From Candidatus Eiseniibacteriota bacterium (GTDB taxonomy: Bacteria; Arandabacterota; Arandabacteria; Arandabacterales; Arandabacteraceae), in the NCBI GenBank assembly GCA_043808325.1, contig JAZDEY010000044.1:89943-153942 (forward strand): DNA of 64,000 nucleotides, read 5' to 3'. The translations under genes were made by a program, and so were the position numbers. Positions within the stretch are counted from its first letter, which is position 1; the number at the start of each line of letters is the position of its first letter. Shown here piece by piece: positions 50,543 through 61,046 of the stretch. Below the pieces are notes generated by a model that searched no databases, was not told the DNA's origin, and saw only the letters and a list, made by a program, of their open reading frames with translations.

Positions 50543-51583
50543 ATGCCGTATGAGGTGGGGTTCTTGAAAATAGCACTGGATGCTATGGGGGGTGACCGGG
50601 CGCCGGGGGTGATCCTTGAAGGCGCCCTGGCAGCTCGGGAGGAGATCGGAGCCGACACTTCAATAGTGCTTGTCGGAAAACAAGACGCTATTGTCTCCGA
50701 GCTTGCGCGCTTGGGAGCATCTTCCTGCGGTCTGGAGATCGTAGATGCCAAAGACGTGGTGGCAATGGATGAGCAACCATCTGCCACGCTGCGGCGCAAG
50801 AAAGAGTCTTCAATAGCTGTGGGCCTGAGGCTCCAGAGTGAGGGCAAGGCCCAGGGTTTCGTGAGCGCGGGCAACACCGGCGCGGTCGTCGCAAATGCGC
50901 TCGTGATCCTGGGAAGGATCAAGGGAGTGGATAGGCCGGCAATCGCAACCTACGTTCCGACCAGGGGTGGTGGGTGCATTCTTCTGGACGTTGGGGCCAG
51001 CATCGATCCCAAGCCTTCGCAGCTGGTGCAATTCGCCATAATGGGCAGCTGCTTTGCCATCTCCGTTCTGGGTAGAAGGGAGCCGCGCGTGGGCCTTCTG
51101 AATATCGGCGAAGAGAGCAGCAAGGGCACCGAGGTGATGCAGGAGGCCCACAGAATGCTCAAGACAAGCGGACTCAATTTCGTCGGTAATGTCGAGGGAA
51201 GAGACATCTTCGCGGGTGCAGTCGATGTCACGGTCTGCGACGGCTTCGTCGGCAACATTCTGCTCAAGTTTACCGAGAGCGTGGTTGACATGGTCTATGG
51301 AGTGATGAAACAATCGCTTACCGCCAATGCGCGAGCGAAGCTGGGCGCCCTGCTTCTCAGGCCGGCATTCAGGCGTCTGCGCGAGGCATTCGATTATGCC
51401 GAGTACGGGGGTGCTCCCCTCTTGGGTGTGGATGGAATCTGCACCATCTGTCACGGCAGCTCATCGCCCAGGGCGATCAAGAACGCTGTGCTCGCTACCC
51501 GGCGATACATCAATTACGATATCACGTCTGCGATCAAGGAGAGGTTGAATATTGGTGGCAGCAACGTCGAAGAAACAGCCTAG
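50543..51583 (+). CDS. plsX: phosphate:acyl-ACP acyltransferase PlsX
   Basis: N-terminus KIALDAMGGDRAP and about 340 aa, in the conserved rpmF-plsX-fabH order. Confidence 0.85.
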   Translation: MPYEVGFLKIALDAMGGDRAPGVILEGALAAREEIGADTSIVLVGKQDAIVSELARLGASSCGLEIVDAKDVVAMDEQPSATLRRKKESSIAVGLRLQSEGKAQGFVSAGNTGAVVANALVILGRIKGVDRPAIATYVPTRGGGCILLDVGASIDPKPSQLVQFAIMGSCFAISVLGRREPRVGLLNIGEESSKGTEVMQEAHRMLKTSGLNFVGNVEGRDIFAGAVDVTVCDGFVGNILLKFTESVVDMVYGVMKQSLTANARAKLGALLLRPAFRRLREAFDYAEYGGAPLLGVDGICTICHGSSSPRAIKNAVLATRRYINYDITSAIKERLNIGGSNVEETA

Positions 51584-52559
51584 TGGCATCGGTATAATCG
51601 GCATAGGATCGTACGTCCCGGAGGGGACGCTCACCAACGATGACCTCGAGAAGATGGTCGACACCACCGACGAGTGGATCCGGGAACGCACGGGAATCTC
51701 CAAGAGACATAGGGTAGACGAGAAGACCGCGACCTCTGATCTTGCCAAGGAAGCCGCCTTGAGAGCGCTTGCGGATGCGGGCCTCGGGCCCCTTGATGCA
51801 GACATGATCATCGTTGCCACGGCAACTCCGGACATGTTCTTCCCGTCGACAGCATGCGTGGTTCAGAAGAAGACCGGAGCGGTCAATGCCGTCGCCTTCG
51901 ACGTCAGCGCCGCGTGCAGCGGATTCCTTTATGGGCTCTCGATTGCGGAGAACTTCGTCAGATCCGGCGCCTACCGGCATGTGTTGGTCGTGGGAGCCGA
52001 AACCCTCACCAAGATAACCGACTGGACGGACAGAGGAACCTGTGTTCTTTTCGGCGATGGCGCGGGGGCCGCAGTCGTGGGCAAGGTCGGTGAGGGCAGG
52101 GGCCTGATCGCGAGCACCCTTAAGAGTGACGGCTCGATGGGCGATCTCCTTGAGCTTCCGGCGGGAGGTTCACGGATGCCGCCGAGCGAGGAGACCCTGA
52201 GGAGGAGACTCCACTACGTGAAAATGGAGGGCAACCAACTCTTCAAGGCTGCCGTCAAGGCGATGGCCAACGTGGCTGCGACCACGCTGGCCGAGGCCGG
52301 TTATACCGGGGACGATCTTGATCTCCTGGTTCCCCACCAGGCGAATCTGCGGATCATTGAGTCCACGGCCAACAGGATCAACGTTCCGCGTGAGAAGGTC
52401 TACATCAACATCGAGGAGTACGGCAATACCTCCGCCGCCTCCATTCCGATTGCTCTGGATGAAGCCAAGCGCAGAGGGATTCTAAAGGAAGGGATGCTGA
52501 TTGAAATGGTCTCTTTCGGCGGAGGCCTGACCTGGGCATGTGCTTTGATGAGATGGTGA
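51552..52559 (+). CDS. fabH: 3-oxoacyl-ACP synthase III
   Basis: N-terminus GIIGIGSYVPE...TDEWIRERTGI and a Cys-His-Asn catalytic triad context. The exact start (TTG 51552 or GTG 51555) is uncertain. Confidence 0.85.
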   Translation: MVAATSKKQPSGIGIIGIGSYVPEGTLTNDDLEKMVDTTDEWIRERTGISKRHRVDEKTATSDLAKEAALRALADAGLGPLDADMIIVATATPDMFFPSTACVVQKKTGAVNAVAFDVSAACSGFLYGLSIAENFVRSGAYRHVLVVGAETLTKITDWTDRGTCVLFGDGAGAAVVGKVGEGRGLIASTLKSDGSMGDLLELPAGGSRMPPSEETLRRRLHYVKMEGNQLFKAAVKAMANVAATTLAEAGYTGDDLDLLVPHQANLRIIESTANRINVPREKVYINIEEYGNTSAASIPIALDEAKRRGILKEGMLIEMVSFGGGLTWACALMRW

Positions 52560-52565
52560 TCGGAC

Positions 52566-53501
52566 ATGGCCAAGTGGGCATGGGTATTTCCGGGGCAGGG
52601 ATCGCAATTCGTCGGGATGGGCAGAGATCTCGTGGAGGTATATCCCGTTGCCGGAGAGACTTTCGAAAGAGCCAACAGCGTTCTTGGCTTTGACCTCGCG
52701 TCGATCTGTTTTGAGGGGCCCGAGGAGGAGCTTCGCCAGACCCGCTACACCCAGCCGGCAATCCTGGTTCATAGCGTAGCGGTCCTAAGGATTCTTGAAA
52801 ACGGGGCCGCCCGGCCGGCCTTTGTCGCCGGCCACAGCGTGGGCGAATACTCGGCCCTGGTGGCAAACGGAGCGCTTACCTTCGAAGACGCCTTGAGGTT
52901 GGTCAGGATTAGAGCCGAGGCCATGTATGCGAGCGGGCTGGAACGGCCCGGCGGAATGGCGGCGATCATGGGCATGCCCGAAGTGAACCTGGAGCCGCTC
53001 CTTGCGGAGGCTCGCCGCTCAGGTATGGTTGAACCTGCCAACTACAACTCTCCGGTCCAGATTGTACTGTCAGGAGAGGTTTCAGCCATAGAGCAGGCAG
53101 TAAAGGTGGCCTCGTCGTTTGGAGCAAAACGGGCGGTGCGCCTCAACGTAAGCGGGGCTTTTCACTCCTCGCTGATGACCACGGCCCGGGACAGCCTGGC
53201 CGGGGCGCTGCGCGAAGTAACGTTTTCGCGCCCGCGCGTGCCGGTAGTCTCGAATGTGACCGCAAAGGATGTGACTGAACCCGGCGAGATCGCCTCTTTG
53301 CTGGAACGTCAGCTAACCAGCCCCGTGATGTGGCGGCAGTCCGTCAAGTACATGGTGGATCAGGGTGTGGATTGTTTTGTCGAGGTCGGCCCTGGAAGCG
53401 TGCTGTGCGGGCTTATCAAGCGGAGCGCTCCTGCAGGCCGATGTGTTCCTACGTCCGATCTCAAGAGCATTGAGACCTTTCTTCAAGAGGTGCGGCCTTG
53501 A
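52566..53501 (+). CDS. fabD: malonyl-CoA:ACP transacylase
   Basis: N-terminus FPGQGSQFVGMG and the active-site GHSVGEY. Confidence 0.9.
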   Translation: MAKWAWVFPGQGSQFVGMGRDLVEVYPVAGETFERANSVLGFDLASICFEGPEEELRQTRYTQPAILVHSVAVLRILENGAARPAFVAGHSVGEYSALVANGALTFEDALRLVRIRAEAMYASGLERPGGMAAIMGMPEVNLEPLLAEARRSGMVEPANYNSPVQIVLSGEVSAIEQAVKVASSFGAKRAVRLNVSGAFHSSLMTTARDSLAGALREVTFSRPRVPVVSNVTAKDVTEPGEIASLLERQLTSPVMWRQSVKYMVDQGVDCFVEVGPGSVLCGLIKRSAPAGRCVPTSDLKSIETFLQEVRP

Positions 53502-54241
53502 TCGATCTTAAGGGAAAGTGCGCGATAGTGACAGGCGGTGGGCGCGGAATCGGTCGCGCGATATGCCTTAGGCTCGCTACGTTGGGGGCCTCGGTCGGCG
53601 TGGTCGACGTCCGTGAGGAAGACGCTACGGCAACGGCCCGGGACGTTGCTGCGCTGGGGCCCACATCGGTGGCCGTTGTCTGCGATGTCCGAGACGCGTC
53701 CGCCTGTGAGAAGATGTTCGCAGTGGCAATCTCCGGGTTGGGTGGAGCCCACATTCTAGTTAACAACGCCGGCATAACGCGGGACAATCTGATAATGCGG
53801 ATGTCGGATGAGGAATGGAACACGGTCCTTGGCGTCAATTTGACCGGTGCCTTCAATTGCTGCCGCGTCGCGTCCAGGCACTTCCTCAAACAGCGCTTTG
53901 GGCGGATCGTCAACATGGCGTCGGTCGTGGGTGTGATGGGCAACGCGGGGCAGGCCAACTATTCCGCTTCGAAGGCGGGGTTGATAGGCCTCACCAAGTC
54001 CCTGGCGAAGGAACTCTCGTCCCGGGGAGTGACGGTCAATGCGATCGCCCCGGGCTTCATCGATACTGAAATGACAAGGGTGCTGCCGGAGAAGGCAAGA
54101 GAAGCCCTGACTTCGCTGATTCCCCTGGGCAGGCTGGGGAGCGTCGAGGACGTCGCCAATCTTGTTGCTTTTCTTGTGTCGGATGATGCAAACTACATTA
54201 CCGGTCAGGTCGTACATGTTGACGGTGGAATGGTGATGTAA
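53498..54241 (+). CDS. fabG: 3-oxoacyl-ACP reductase
   Basis: SDR family: TGGGRGIGRA, the NNAG motif, and the catalytic YSASKAG. Confidence 0.9.
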   Translation: MIDLKGKCAIVTGGGRGIGRAICLRLATLGASVGVVDVREEDATATARDVAALGPTSVAVVCDVRDASACEKMFAVAISGLGGAHILVNNAGITRDNLIMRMSDEEWNTVLGVNLTGAFNCCRVASRHFLKQRFGRIVNMASVVGVMGNAGQANYSASKAGLIGLTKSLAKELSSRGVTVNAIAPGFIDTEMTRVLPEKAREALTSLIPLGRLGSVEDVANLVAFLVSDDANYITGQVVHVDGGMVM

Positions 54242-54264
54242 CGATTGAGAGGAGGTCGGATTCG

Positions 54265-54525
54265 ATGTCGGATGTTGAGGCAAAGGTCAAAGATATAATC
54301 ATGAAGGAACTTGGCAGCAGCGAGACCCAGATTACGCCCGAAGCGTCTTTTGCAAACGATCTGGGAGCTGACTCACTCAGCATTGTTCAGCTGATAATGA
54401 CTCTGGAGGACACGTTTCACATTACAATCGACGACGCTGAATCTCAGAAGATCAAGACCGTTGGCGATGCGGTCAGGTTCATCGAAGAGAAGCAGAAGAA
54501 GGGAACCGAGAGCGGGCAGGGCTGA
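54265..54525 (+). CDS. acpP: acyl carrier protein
   Basis: The phosphopantetheine-attachment site DLGADSLSIVQL, 86 aa. Confidence 0.9.
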   Translation: MSDVEAKVKDIIMKELGSSETQITPEASFANDLGADSLSIVQLIMTLEDTFHITIDDAESQKIKTVGDAVRFIEEKQKKGTESGQG

Positions 54526-54666
54526 GAAATCGGACAATAGCCGAATTAAGATCTGACGCGTGTGACCTTCATAAGTTCACTGCATGCAGTCGCCTGGATG
54601 GAAGAGAGGGTGGCCGAGAAGGGCAGGTAATCGCCCGGGCAGGCTGGAGGTCCGGAGTCACCAAGC

Positions 54667-55932
54667 ATGGAAAGGAAAAGAGTAGTCGTCACCGGGATGG
54701 GTGCAGTCACATCGATTGGACTCACGGTCGATCAGTTCTGGAAGAACTGTCTGGCAGGGAAGAGCGGCATTGCCAGAATATCGCGCTTTGACACCACCGG
54801 GTTTGCGGTTCAGATCGGCGGTGAGGTGCGAGACTTCAATGCCGAGAACCACATGGACAAGGTCGAAGTCAGGAAGACGGACCGTTTTGTCCATCTCGCC
54901 GTGGCCGCTTCCGACATGGCGGTGAGTGACTCGGCGCTGGATCTCACAAGGGAAGACCCGAGAAGAATCGGCGTGCTCATAGGTTCGGGAATCGGCGGAA
55001 TAGAAAGCTTCGAGACCCAGCACACCAACCTTGTTTTCAGAGGCCCGTCAAGGGTCAGCCCCTTCTTCGTGCCTATGATGATTGTCGACATGGCTCCGGG
55101 AATTGTCTCGATGCGGCACCACCTCAAGGGACCAAACTTCGCCACAGTCTCGGCGTGTGCTTCAGGTGCCCATGCTCTTGGTGAGGCTTTCCGCATCCTC
55201 GAACGCGGAGACGCCGATGTGATGGTCGCGGGTGGTGCGGAGGCAGCTGTGACTCCGATGACGGTGGCCGGTTTTGCCTCGATGAAGGCGCTGTCCCGGA
55301 GAAACGATCAGCCCGCAGGAGCAAGCCGGCCCTTCGACCGCGATCGCGACGGTTTCGTACTGGGCGAAGGAGCGGGGATCGTTGTGATGGAGACCCTCGA
55401 GCACGCGACCGCAAGGGGCGCGCGGGTCCATGCGGAAATGGTCGGCTACGGCATGTCGGCCGATGCGCACCACATGACGGCACCTGACCCGGAAGGCGAA
55501 GGGGCGGCGATGTCGATGATGCTTGCTCTTAAGGATGCGCGGCTGGGTACCGCCGACATAGACTACATAAGCGCTCACGGTACTTCGACGCCTTACAATG
55601 ACAAGATCGAGACTATCGCGATAAAGTCGGTGTTCAAGGATCACGCGTATCGGATTCCCGTGAGTTCAGCCAAATCGATGGTCGGACATCTGCTCGGCGC
55701 TGCCGGAGCCGTGGAACTATTGGCCTGCATTTTATCGATCGGGTCCGGGGAGATCCATCCGACCATTAATCTCCAGAACCCAGATCCAGATTGCGACCTG
55801 GACTACGTGCCGAACAAGTCAAGGAGGGTGGCCGTCCGCACGGCTCTGAGCAATTCCTTCGGTTTTGGAGGCCACAACGTCTCTTTGATTGTCAGAGCCT
55901 ACGACGAAGGGCAGCCGGGAAACGTGAGATGA
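54667..55932 (+). CDS. fabF: 3-oxoacyl-ACP synthase II
   Basis: KAS II with active-site Cys region ATVSACASGAHAL and the HGTSTP / GHLLGAAG motifs. Confidence 0.9.
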   Translation: MERKRVVVTGMGAVTSIGLTVDQFWKNCLAGKSGIARISRFDTTGFAVQIGGEVRDFNAENHMDKVEVRKTDRFVHLAVAASDMAVSDSALDLTREDPRRIGVLIGSGIGGIESFETQHTNLVFRGPSRVSPFFVPMMIVDMAPGIVSMRHHLKGPNFATVSACASGAHALGEAFRILERGDADVMVAGGAEAAVTPMTVAGFASMKALSRRNDQPAGASRPFDRDRDGFVLGEGAGIVVMETLEHATARGARVHAEMVGYGMSADAHHMTAPDPEGEGAAMSMMLALKDARLGTADIDYISAHGTSTPYNDKIETIAIKSVFKDHAYRIPVSSAKSMVGHLLGAAGAVELLACILSIGSGEIHPTINLQNPDPDCDLDYVPNKSRRVAVRTALSNSFGFGGHNVSLIVRAYDEGQPGNVR

Positions 55933-56690
55933 GATGGCTTGACAGTCTTCTTTCGGGGTGCGGGTGGCGAAGGACGGAGGAAGATGGTGAGGACCTTCGC
56001 CTTGTATTCCTAAGAAAATTCGGCACGAAATTCAAAGACGACAGACTGCTTGGAATCGCATTGACCCACAGGTCCTTCCTCAACCCCGCCGAAGCCGACA
56101 TCTCCAATGAACGTCTGGAGTTCCTGGGAGATTCGGTGCTTGGGCTGGTCGCAACTGACTGTCTCTTCCGTTCGATGGACGATGCGGATGAAGGCGCTCT
56201 GACCAAAGCCAGGTCGAGAATAGTCAATAAGAGTGTGCTCGGCAAGATCGGACTTGATCTTGGAATTCTCGATGTTCTCAAGTATGCCAGGGACGAGATA
56301 AAGGAGGATGAGCGTGCCCTGCTCACCCTCAGTGCGGATGCCCTTGAGGCGGTGATCGGGGCGGTCTACCTGGACCGGGGCTTTGAAGCGGCATTCCGGT
56401 TCGTTGAGGACAACATCATAGCCGCCGCCAACGATACGTCGGCTGAGCACTCTCAAACCGATTACAAGAGCCGACTCCAAGAGATCTGTCAGGCGGAGTT
56501 CAAGGTCCAGCCTCAGTACAAAGTCGTGAAGCGAATGGGTCCCGAGCACCGGAAGATCTTTCACCTGGAGGTCCTGATTCGGGGGAAGGCCTACGGTTCC
56601 GGAACCGGCCGCAGCAAGAAAGAGGCAGAGCAGCAGGCCGCCGGGCAGGCGATGCGAAGACTGGAGAGTGAAAGCATCCGGCCTCGGTGA
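55929..56690 (+). CDS. rnc: ribonuclease III
   Basis: RNase III signature ERLEFLGDSVLGLV and a C-terminal dsRBD. The ATG at 55929 overlaps the fabF stop as ATGA; the track's longer ORF from 55791 overlaps fabF. Confidence 0.8.
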   Translation: MRWLDSLLSGCGWRRTEEDGEDLRLVFLRKFGTKFKDDRLLGIALTHRSFLNPAEADISNERLEFLGDSVLGLVATDCLFRSMDDADEGALTKARSRIVNKSVLGKIGLDLGILDVLKYARDEIKEDERALLTLSADALEAVIGAVYLDRGFEAAFRFVEDNIIAAANDTSAEHSQTDYKSRLQEICQAEFKVQPQYKVVKRMGPEHRKIFHLEVLIRGKAYGSGTGRSKKEAEQQAAGQAMRRLESESIRPR

Positions 56691-56785
56691 AAGCCCTTGA
56701 CAGTCCTGAATGTCCTCGATTAGATTTCAAAAGAGTCAAGCCTTCGAGAGCGTTCCGTAAGAATTATTGAGGAGGGTGAATCACA

Positions 56786-57826
56786 ATGAGGATTGGAGTA
56801 CTCACAGGGGGTGGAGACTGTCCCGGTCTAAATGCAGTGATAAGAGGCGTCGTCAGGAAATCGATGGTGCAGTACGGCTGGGAGGTCTACGGGATCAGGA
56901 ACGGTTGGGCAGGATACCTGACCAGTGATGTCGAACCGTTAGACTTGGAACGCGTATCCGGCATATTGCCCAAGGGCGGCACGATCCTTGGAACCAGCCG
57001 GACCAACCCCTTCAAGCAGGAGGGTGGTCCGGATACCATAATCAGGGGCGCGAAGGATCTTGGGATTGACGCCACCGTGGCAATCGGGGGCGAGGACACC
57101 ATAGGTGTCGCGTACAAGCTCTTCAATCTGGGCATGCCCACCGTCGGAGTCCCCAAGACGATCGATAACGATCTTGCCGGCACAGACTATACGTTCGGTT
57201 TTGACACCGCAATCAACATAGCCACCGATGCAATCGACAGGCTTCACACCACAGCGGAATCCCACCACAGGGTTATGGTAGTCGAGGTGATGGGCAGGCA
57301 CACCGGATGGATCGCAGTCTACGCGGGAATCGCGGGCGGTGCAGACATGATTCTGATACCCGAGAGACCCTTCGAGATGGAAAAAGTGTGCGACATGATC
57401 AGGCAACGGCAGGAACGAGGGAAGAGATTCTCGATTGTTGTGGTTGCGGAGGGGGCGAAGTTCCTCAGCGAAGGAGACACCGACGGTAGCTTGATCGTGC
57501 AGGAGGCGGAGGTCGATGAATTCGGCCACGTCAGACTGGGTGGCATCGGGAACGTGCTCGGCCGGGAGATCGAGAGGAGAACAGGGTTTGAGACCAGGGT
57601 CTCGGTGCTGGGATACGTCCAGCGTGGCGGAACCCCGACTGCGTTTGATCGCATCTTGGCAACCAGATTCGGCGTCAAGGCGTGCGAGCTCGTGGAAAAG
57701 GGCGAATTCGGGAAGATCGTTGCCCTGAAGGGAAACAAGGTGGTATCGGTGCCGATGGACGAGGCGCTGCAGCTCAAGAAGGTCGATAACGAGACCTATG
57801 ACATAGCATCGCTTTTCTTTGGCTAA
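56786..57826 (+). CDS. pfkA: 6-phosphofructokinase
   Basis: N-terminus RIGVLTGGGDCPGLNAVIRG, the GGEDT motif, MGRHTGW, and about 345 aa. Confidence 0.85.
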   Translation: MRIGVLTGGGDCPGLNAVIRGVVRKSMVQYGWEVYGIRNGWAGYLTSDVEPLDLERVSGILPKGGTILGTSRTNPFKQEGGPDTIIRGAKDLGIDATVAIGGEDTIGVAYKLFNLGMPTVGVPKTIDNDLAGTDYTFGFDTAINIATDAIDRLHTTAESHHRVMVVEVMGRHTGWIAVYAGIAGGADMILIPERPFEMEKVCDMIRQRQERGKRFSIVVVAEGAKFLSEGDTDGSLIVQEAEVDEFGHVRLGGIGNVLGREIERRTGFETRVSVLGYVQRGGTPTAFDRILATRFGVKACELVEKGEFGKIVALKGNKVVSVPMDEALQLKKVDNETYDIASLFFG

Positions 57827-57841
57827 TCGAGGAGAAACGCA

Positions 57842-58765
57842 ATGGCACTTGTTTCTGCAAAGGACATCTTGGTTGCAGCCAGGGAAAAGGGATACGCTGT
57901 CGGGGCGTTCAACACGAGCAATCTGGAGATTTCTCAGGCCATATTCGAAGCCGCAGGAGAGTTGAGCGCGCCCGTCCTCGTGGCAACGTCCGATTCGGCG
58001 ATCGAGTATGCCGGTTATGACAATCTCTTCAACATGGTCAAGCATCTTGCGGACTACTTCCGAGTGAAGGCAGCGCTTCATCTTGACCACGGGGCGGATC
58101 TTTCGATAGTCGTGAAGTGCATCAGGCACGGTTGGACTTCGGTGATGATTGATGCCTCGAAGCTTGAATACGCGGCCAATGTCGCCTCAACCTCGCAGGT
58201 GGTGGAGATCGCGCATATGGCGGGCGTCCCGGTTGAGGCCGAGCTGGGTAGGCTGGGCGGGATTGAAGACAAGGTGAAGGTGGACGAGCGCGACGCCTTT
58301 CTGACCGATCCCGACCAGGCCCGCGAGTTTACGGAACGGACAGGTTGCGACTCGCTTGCCGTTGCGATCGGGACCTCTCATGGTGCATACAAGTTCAAGG
58401 GTGATCCCAATCTCGATCTTGAGAGGCTTTCCAAGATAAGTCAGAAGGTCTCGATACCTCTTGTGCTCCACGGGGCTTCTTCGGTTCCCGCAGATGTGCT
58501 CGCGAGGGCGGCCAAGTACGGTGCCAGGCTTCCGGGCGCAAAAGGTGTTCCTGAGGATGCTCTCAAGGCCGCGATCGCTATGGGCATAGCCAAGATAAAC
58601 ATCGATACAGACTTACGGCTTGCATTCACGGGGGCTGTGCGCGAGCTCCTGGCTGAGAAGCCGGAGGTATTTGACCCCCGCAAGATAGTCGGGGAAGGCC
58701 GCAAGGCAATCAAAGACGTGGTGAAGCGCAAGATCGAGCTATTCGGAAGCGCCGGCAAGGCCTGA
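57842..58765 (+). CDS. fba: class II fructose-/ketose-bisphosphate aldolase
   Basis: N-terminus GYAVGAFNTSNLE..., LDHGADL and the His-rich metal site (HGASS), about 307 aa. Confidence 0.8.
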   Translation: MALVSAKDILVAAREKGYAVGAFNTSNLEISQAIFEAAGELSAPVLVATSDSAIEYAGYDNLFNMVKHLADYFRVKAALHLDHGADLSIVVKCIRHGWTSVMIDASKLEYAANVASTSQVVEIAHMAGVPVEAELGRLGGIEDKVKVDERDAFLTDPDQAREFTERTGCDSLAVAIGTSHGAYKFKGDPNLDLERLSKISQKVSIPLVLHGASSVPADVLARAAKYGARLPGAKGVPEDALKAAIAMGIAKINIDTDLRLAFTGAVRELLAEKPEVFDPRKIVGEGRKAIKDVVKRKIELFGSAGKA

Positions 58766-58788
58766 GGAGTGGCTGCGGAGGATTCAAA

Positions 58789-59802
58789 ATGGCGATAAGA
58801 GTGGGGATCAACGGGTTCGGACGCATCGGCCGGCTGGTCTTGAGGTCGGGGTTCGACAATCCTGAGTTTGAGTTTGTTGCGATCAACGATGCTACCGATG
58901 CCAAGACACTGGCGCATCTCCTTAAGTACGACAGCGTGCACCGCACCTGGGCAAACAGGGTCGAGCCCGCGGACGGTGCCATCCGCATCGACGGGAAAGA
59001 AATCAAGATCTTGAGTGAAATGGATCCGTCCAAGCTTCCCTGGGCCGACCTCAAGATAGACGTAGTGATCGAATCGACCGGCAAGTTCACCACCCCGGCG
59101 GACGTCGAACTCCATCTCAAGGCCGGCGCCCGCAAGGTGCTCCTGTCGGCGCCGTTCAAGGGGCCGCGCCCGCAGGATCTGACCATTGTCATGGGCATAA
59201 ACGACCATATCTTTGACAGCACCAGGCACAACTTAATATCCACCGCTTCATGTACGACCAATTGCTTTGCGGCTGTGGTAAAGGTGCTCCACGAGAACTT
59301 CGGAATCGTCCACGGTGAGATGACCACCGTACATGCGTTCACCAACGACCAGAAGATTCTCGATCTACCCCACAAGGACCTGAGGCGGGCGCGCTCGGCA
59401 TTCACCTCGATCATCCCGACCTCGACCGGCGCGGCAAAGGCGATCGGGCTGGTGATTCCGGAGCTCGAGGGAAAGCTCGTAGCCACATGCCTGAGGGTTC
59501 CGGTCCCCGATGGATCCATCTGCGATGTCGCTGCCGAGGTCTCCAAGCCCACTACCAAGGACCAGGTCAAGGCGGCGTTCAAGAAGGCCAGCGAGACAAA
59601 ACCCTTGGCGGGCTATCTGGAATACTCCGAAGCCGAAATTGTCTCATCCGACATCATCGGGAATCCGCATTCGGCAATATTCGACGCGCCGCTCACGGAC
59701 GTGGTAGGCGGCACTATGGTCAAGGTGTTCGCCTGGTACGACAACGAGTGGGGCTATGCCAACCGCATGATCGATATGATGAGGCTGATCGCGAGAAGGT
59801 AA
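58789..59802 (+). CDS. gap: glyceraldehyde-3-phosphate dehydrogenase
   Basis: N-terminus GINGFGRIGR and the active site ASCTTNC. Confidence 0.9.
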   Translation: MAIRVGINGFGRIGRLVLRSGFDNPEFEFVAINDATDAKTLAHLLKYDSVHRTWANRVEPADGAIRIDGKEIKILSEMDPSKLPWADLKIDVVIESTGKFTTPADVELHLKAGARKVLLSAPFKGPRPQDLTIVMGINDHIFDSTRHNLISTASCTTNCFAAVVKVLHENFGIVHGEMTTVHAFTNDQKILDLPHKDLRRARSAFTSIIPTSTGAAKAIGLVIPELEGKLVATCLRVPVPDGSICDVAAEVSKPTTKDQVKAAFKKASETKPLAGYLEYSEAEIVSSDIIGNPHSAIFDAPLTDVVGGTMVKVFAWYDNEWGYANRMIDMMRLIARR

Positions 59803-59822
59803 GCCGTGTACGAGATCAGGGT

Positions 59823-61046
59823 ATGCCATTGTACCGGTACTTCGAAAACATCGTGACGCTGGCGGATATCGATCCGGCCGGCAAGCGCGTATTGGTCAGG
59901 GTCGACTTCAACGTGCCTCTCGCGGGGGACGGCAAGGTCGCCGACGATTTCCGGATCAGGTCTTCGTTGCCGACGATCCGGTATATCCTGGGCAAGGGCG
60001 GAAGACCGATACTTGCATCTCATCTCGGGAGACCCAAGGGCAAGCCGATCCCCGAGTTCTCAATGAAGTTGGTGAAGCCGGCGCTTGAGCGCCTGCTTGG
60101 GACCAGGGTTGAGCTCGCGCCCGATTGTGTTGGTGCCCGGGTACTGGAAATGACCCGGATGCTTAGTCCCGGGGCCGTGCTGCTCCTGGAGAATCTGAGG
60201 TTTCATCCTGAGGAGGAGGCGAATGACCCCGGCTTCTGCCGGGCCCTGGCGTCGCTCGCGGACCTCTATGTCAATGATGCTTTCGGCACCGCTCACCGGG
60301 CCCACGCGTCCACCGAAGGCGTGGCGAGGTTCCTGAGACCGGCGGTGGCCGGTTTTCTCATGGAGAAGGAGATCGAGTTTCTCGGGAGAATCCTCACGAA
60401 TCCGGATCGGCCGTTTGTGGCTATCTTGGGCGGTGCGAAGATCTCCGACAAAATCGGCGTCATCAAGAATCTCCTGGACAAGGTTGATTCTCTGCTGGTT
60501 GCCGGCGGGATGGCCAACACCTTCCTCAAAGCGCAGGGGCTTGATGTCGGCAGCTCCCTCTTTGAAGAGGGCTCGCTCGGTGTGGCTCGGGAGCTCCTCA
60601 GTCTTGCCGTGTCAAAACAAGTCGCCTTGCTGGTTCCCACGGATTTTGTTGCAGCGAGCAAGGTGGAGGCCGGGGCCGCAGTCGAGAAGGGGCGGAGAGT
60701 TCCCCAGGGATATGCGATAGTAGACATCGGGGCAGAGACGATCGCAAGGTTCTCCGAGAAGATAGAGAGTTCCCGCACGATATTCTGGAACGGCCCGTTG
60801 GGTGTGTCTGAGATCGAGGATTTCGCGACCGGCACGTTTGAAATTGCACGGGCCGTGGCCAAGGCTTCCGAACGAGGCGCGACCTCGGTCGTGGGCGGTG
60901 GTGATACCGCAAGCGCGGTGGCCAAGGCCGGCGTCGCCGCCCAGATCTCCCACATGTCGACCGGTGGTGGGGCCTCCCTTGAGTTCATTGAGGGCGAGGA
61001 GCTTCCCGGCATACTCGCTCTCTCCAAGAAGGAGGCAGGGTGTTGA
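59823..61046 (+). CDS. pgk: phosphoglycerate kinase
   Basis: The ATG at 59823 gives MPLYRYFENI...GKRVLVRVDFNVPL. The track ORF from 59487 overlaps gap with a non-homologous leader. Confidence 0.9.
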   Translation: MPLYRYFENIVTLADIDPAGKRVLVRVDFNVPLAGDGKVADDFRIRSSLPTIRYILGKGGRPILASHLGRPKGKPIPEFSMKLVKPALERLLGTRVELAPDCVGARVLEMTRMLSPGAVLLLENLRFHPEEEANDPGFCRALASLADLYVNDAFGTAHRAHASTEGVARFLRPAVAGFLMEKEIEFLGRILTNPDRPFVAILGGAKISDKIGVIKNLLDKVDSLLVAGGMANTFLKAQGLDVGSSLFEEGSLGVARELLSLAVSKQVALLVPTDFVAASKVEAGAAVEKGRRVPQGYAIVDIGAETIARFSEKIESSRTIFWNGPLGVSEIEDFATGTFEIARAVAKASERGATSVVGGGDTASAVAKAGVAAQISHMSTGGGASLEFIEGEELPGILALSKKEAGC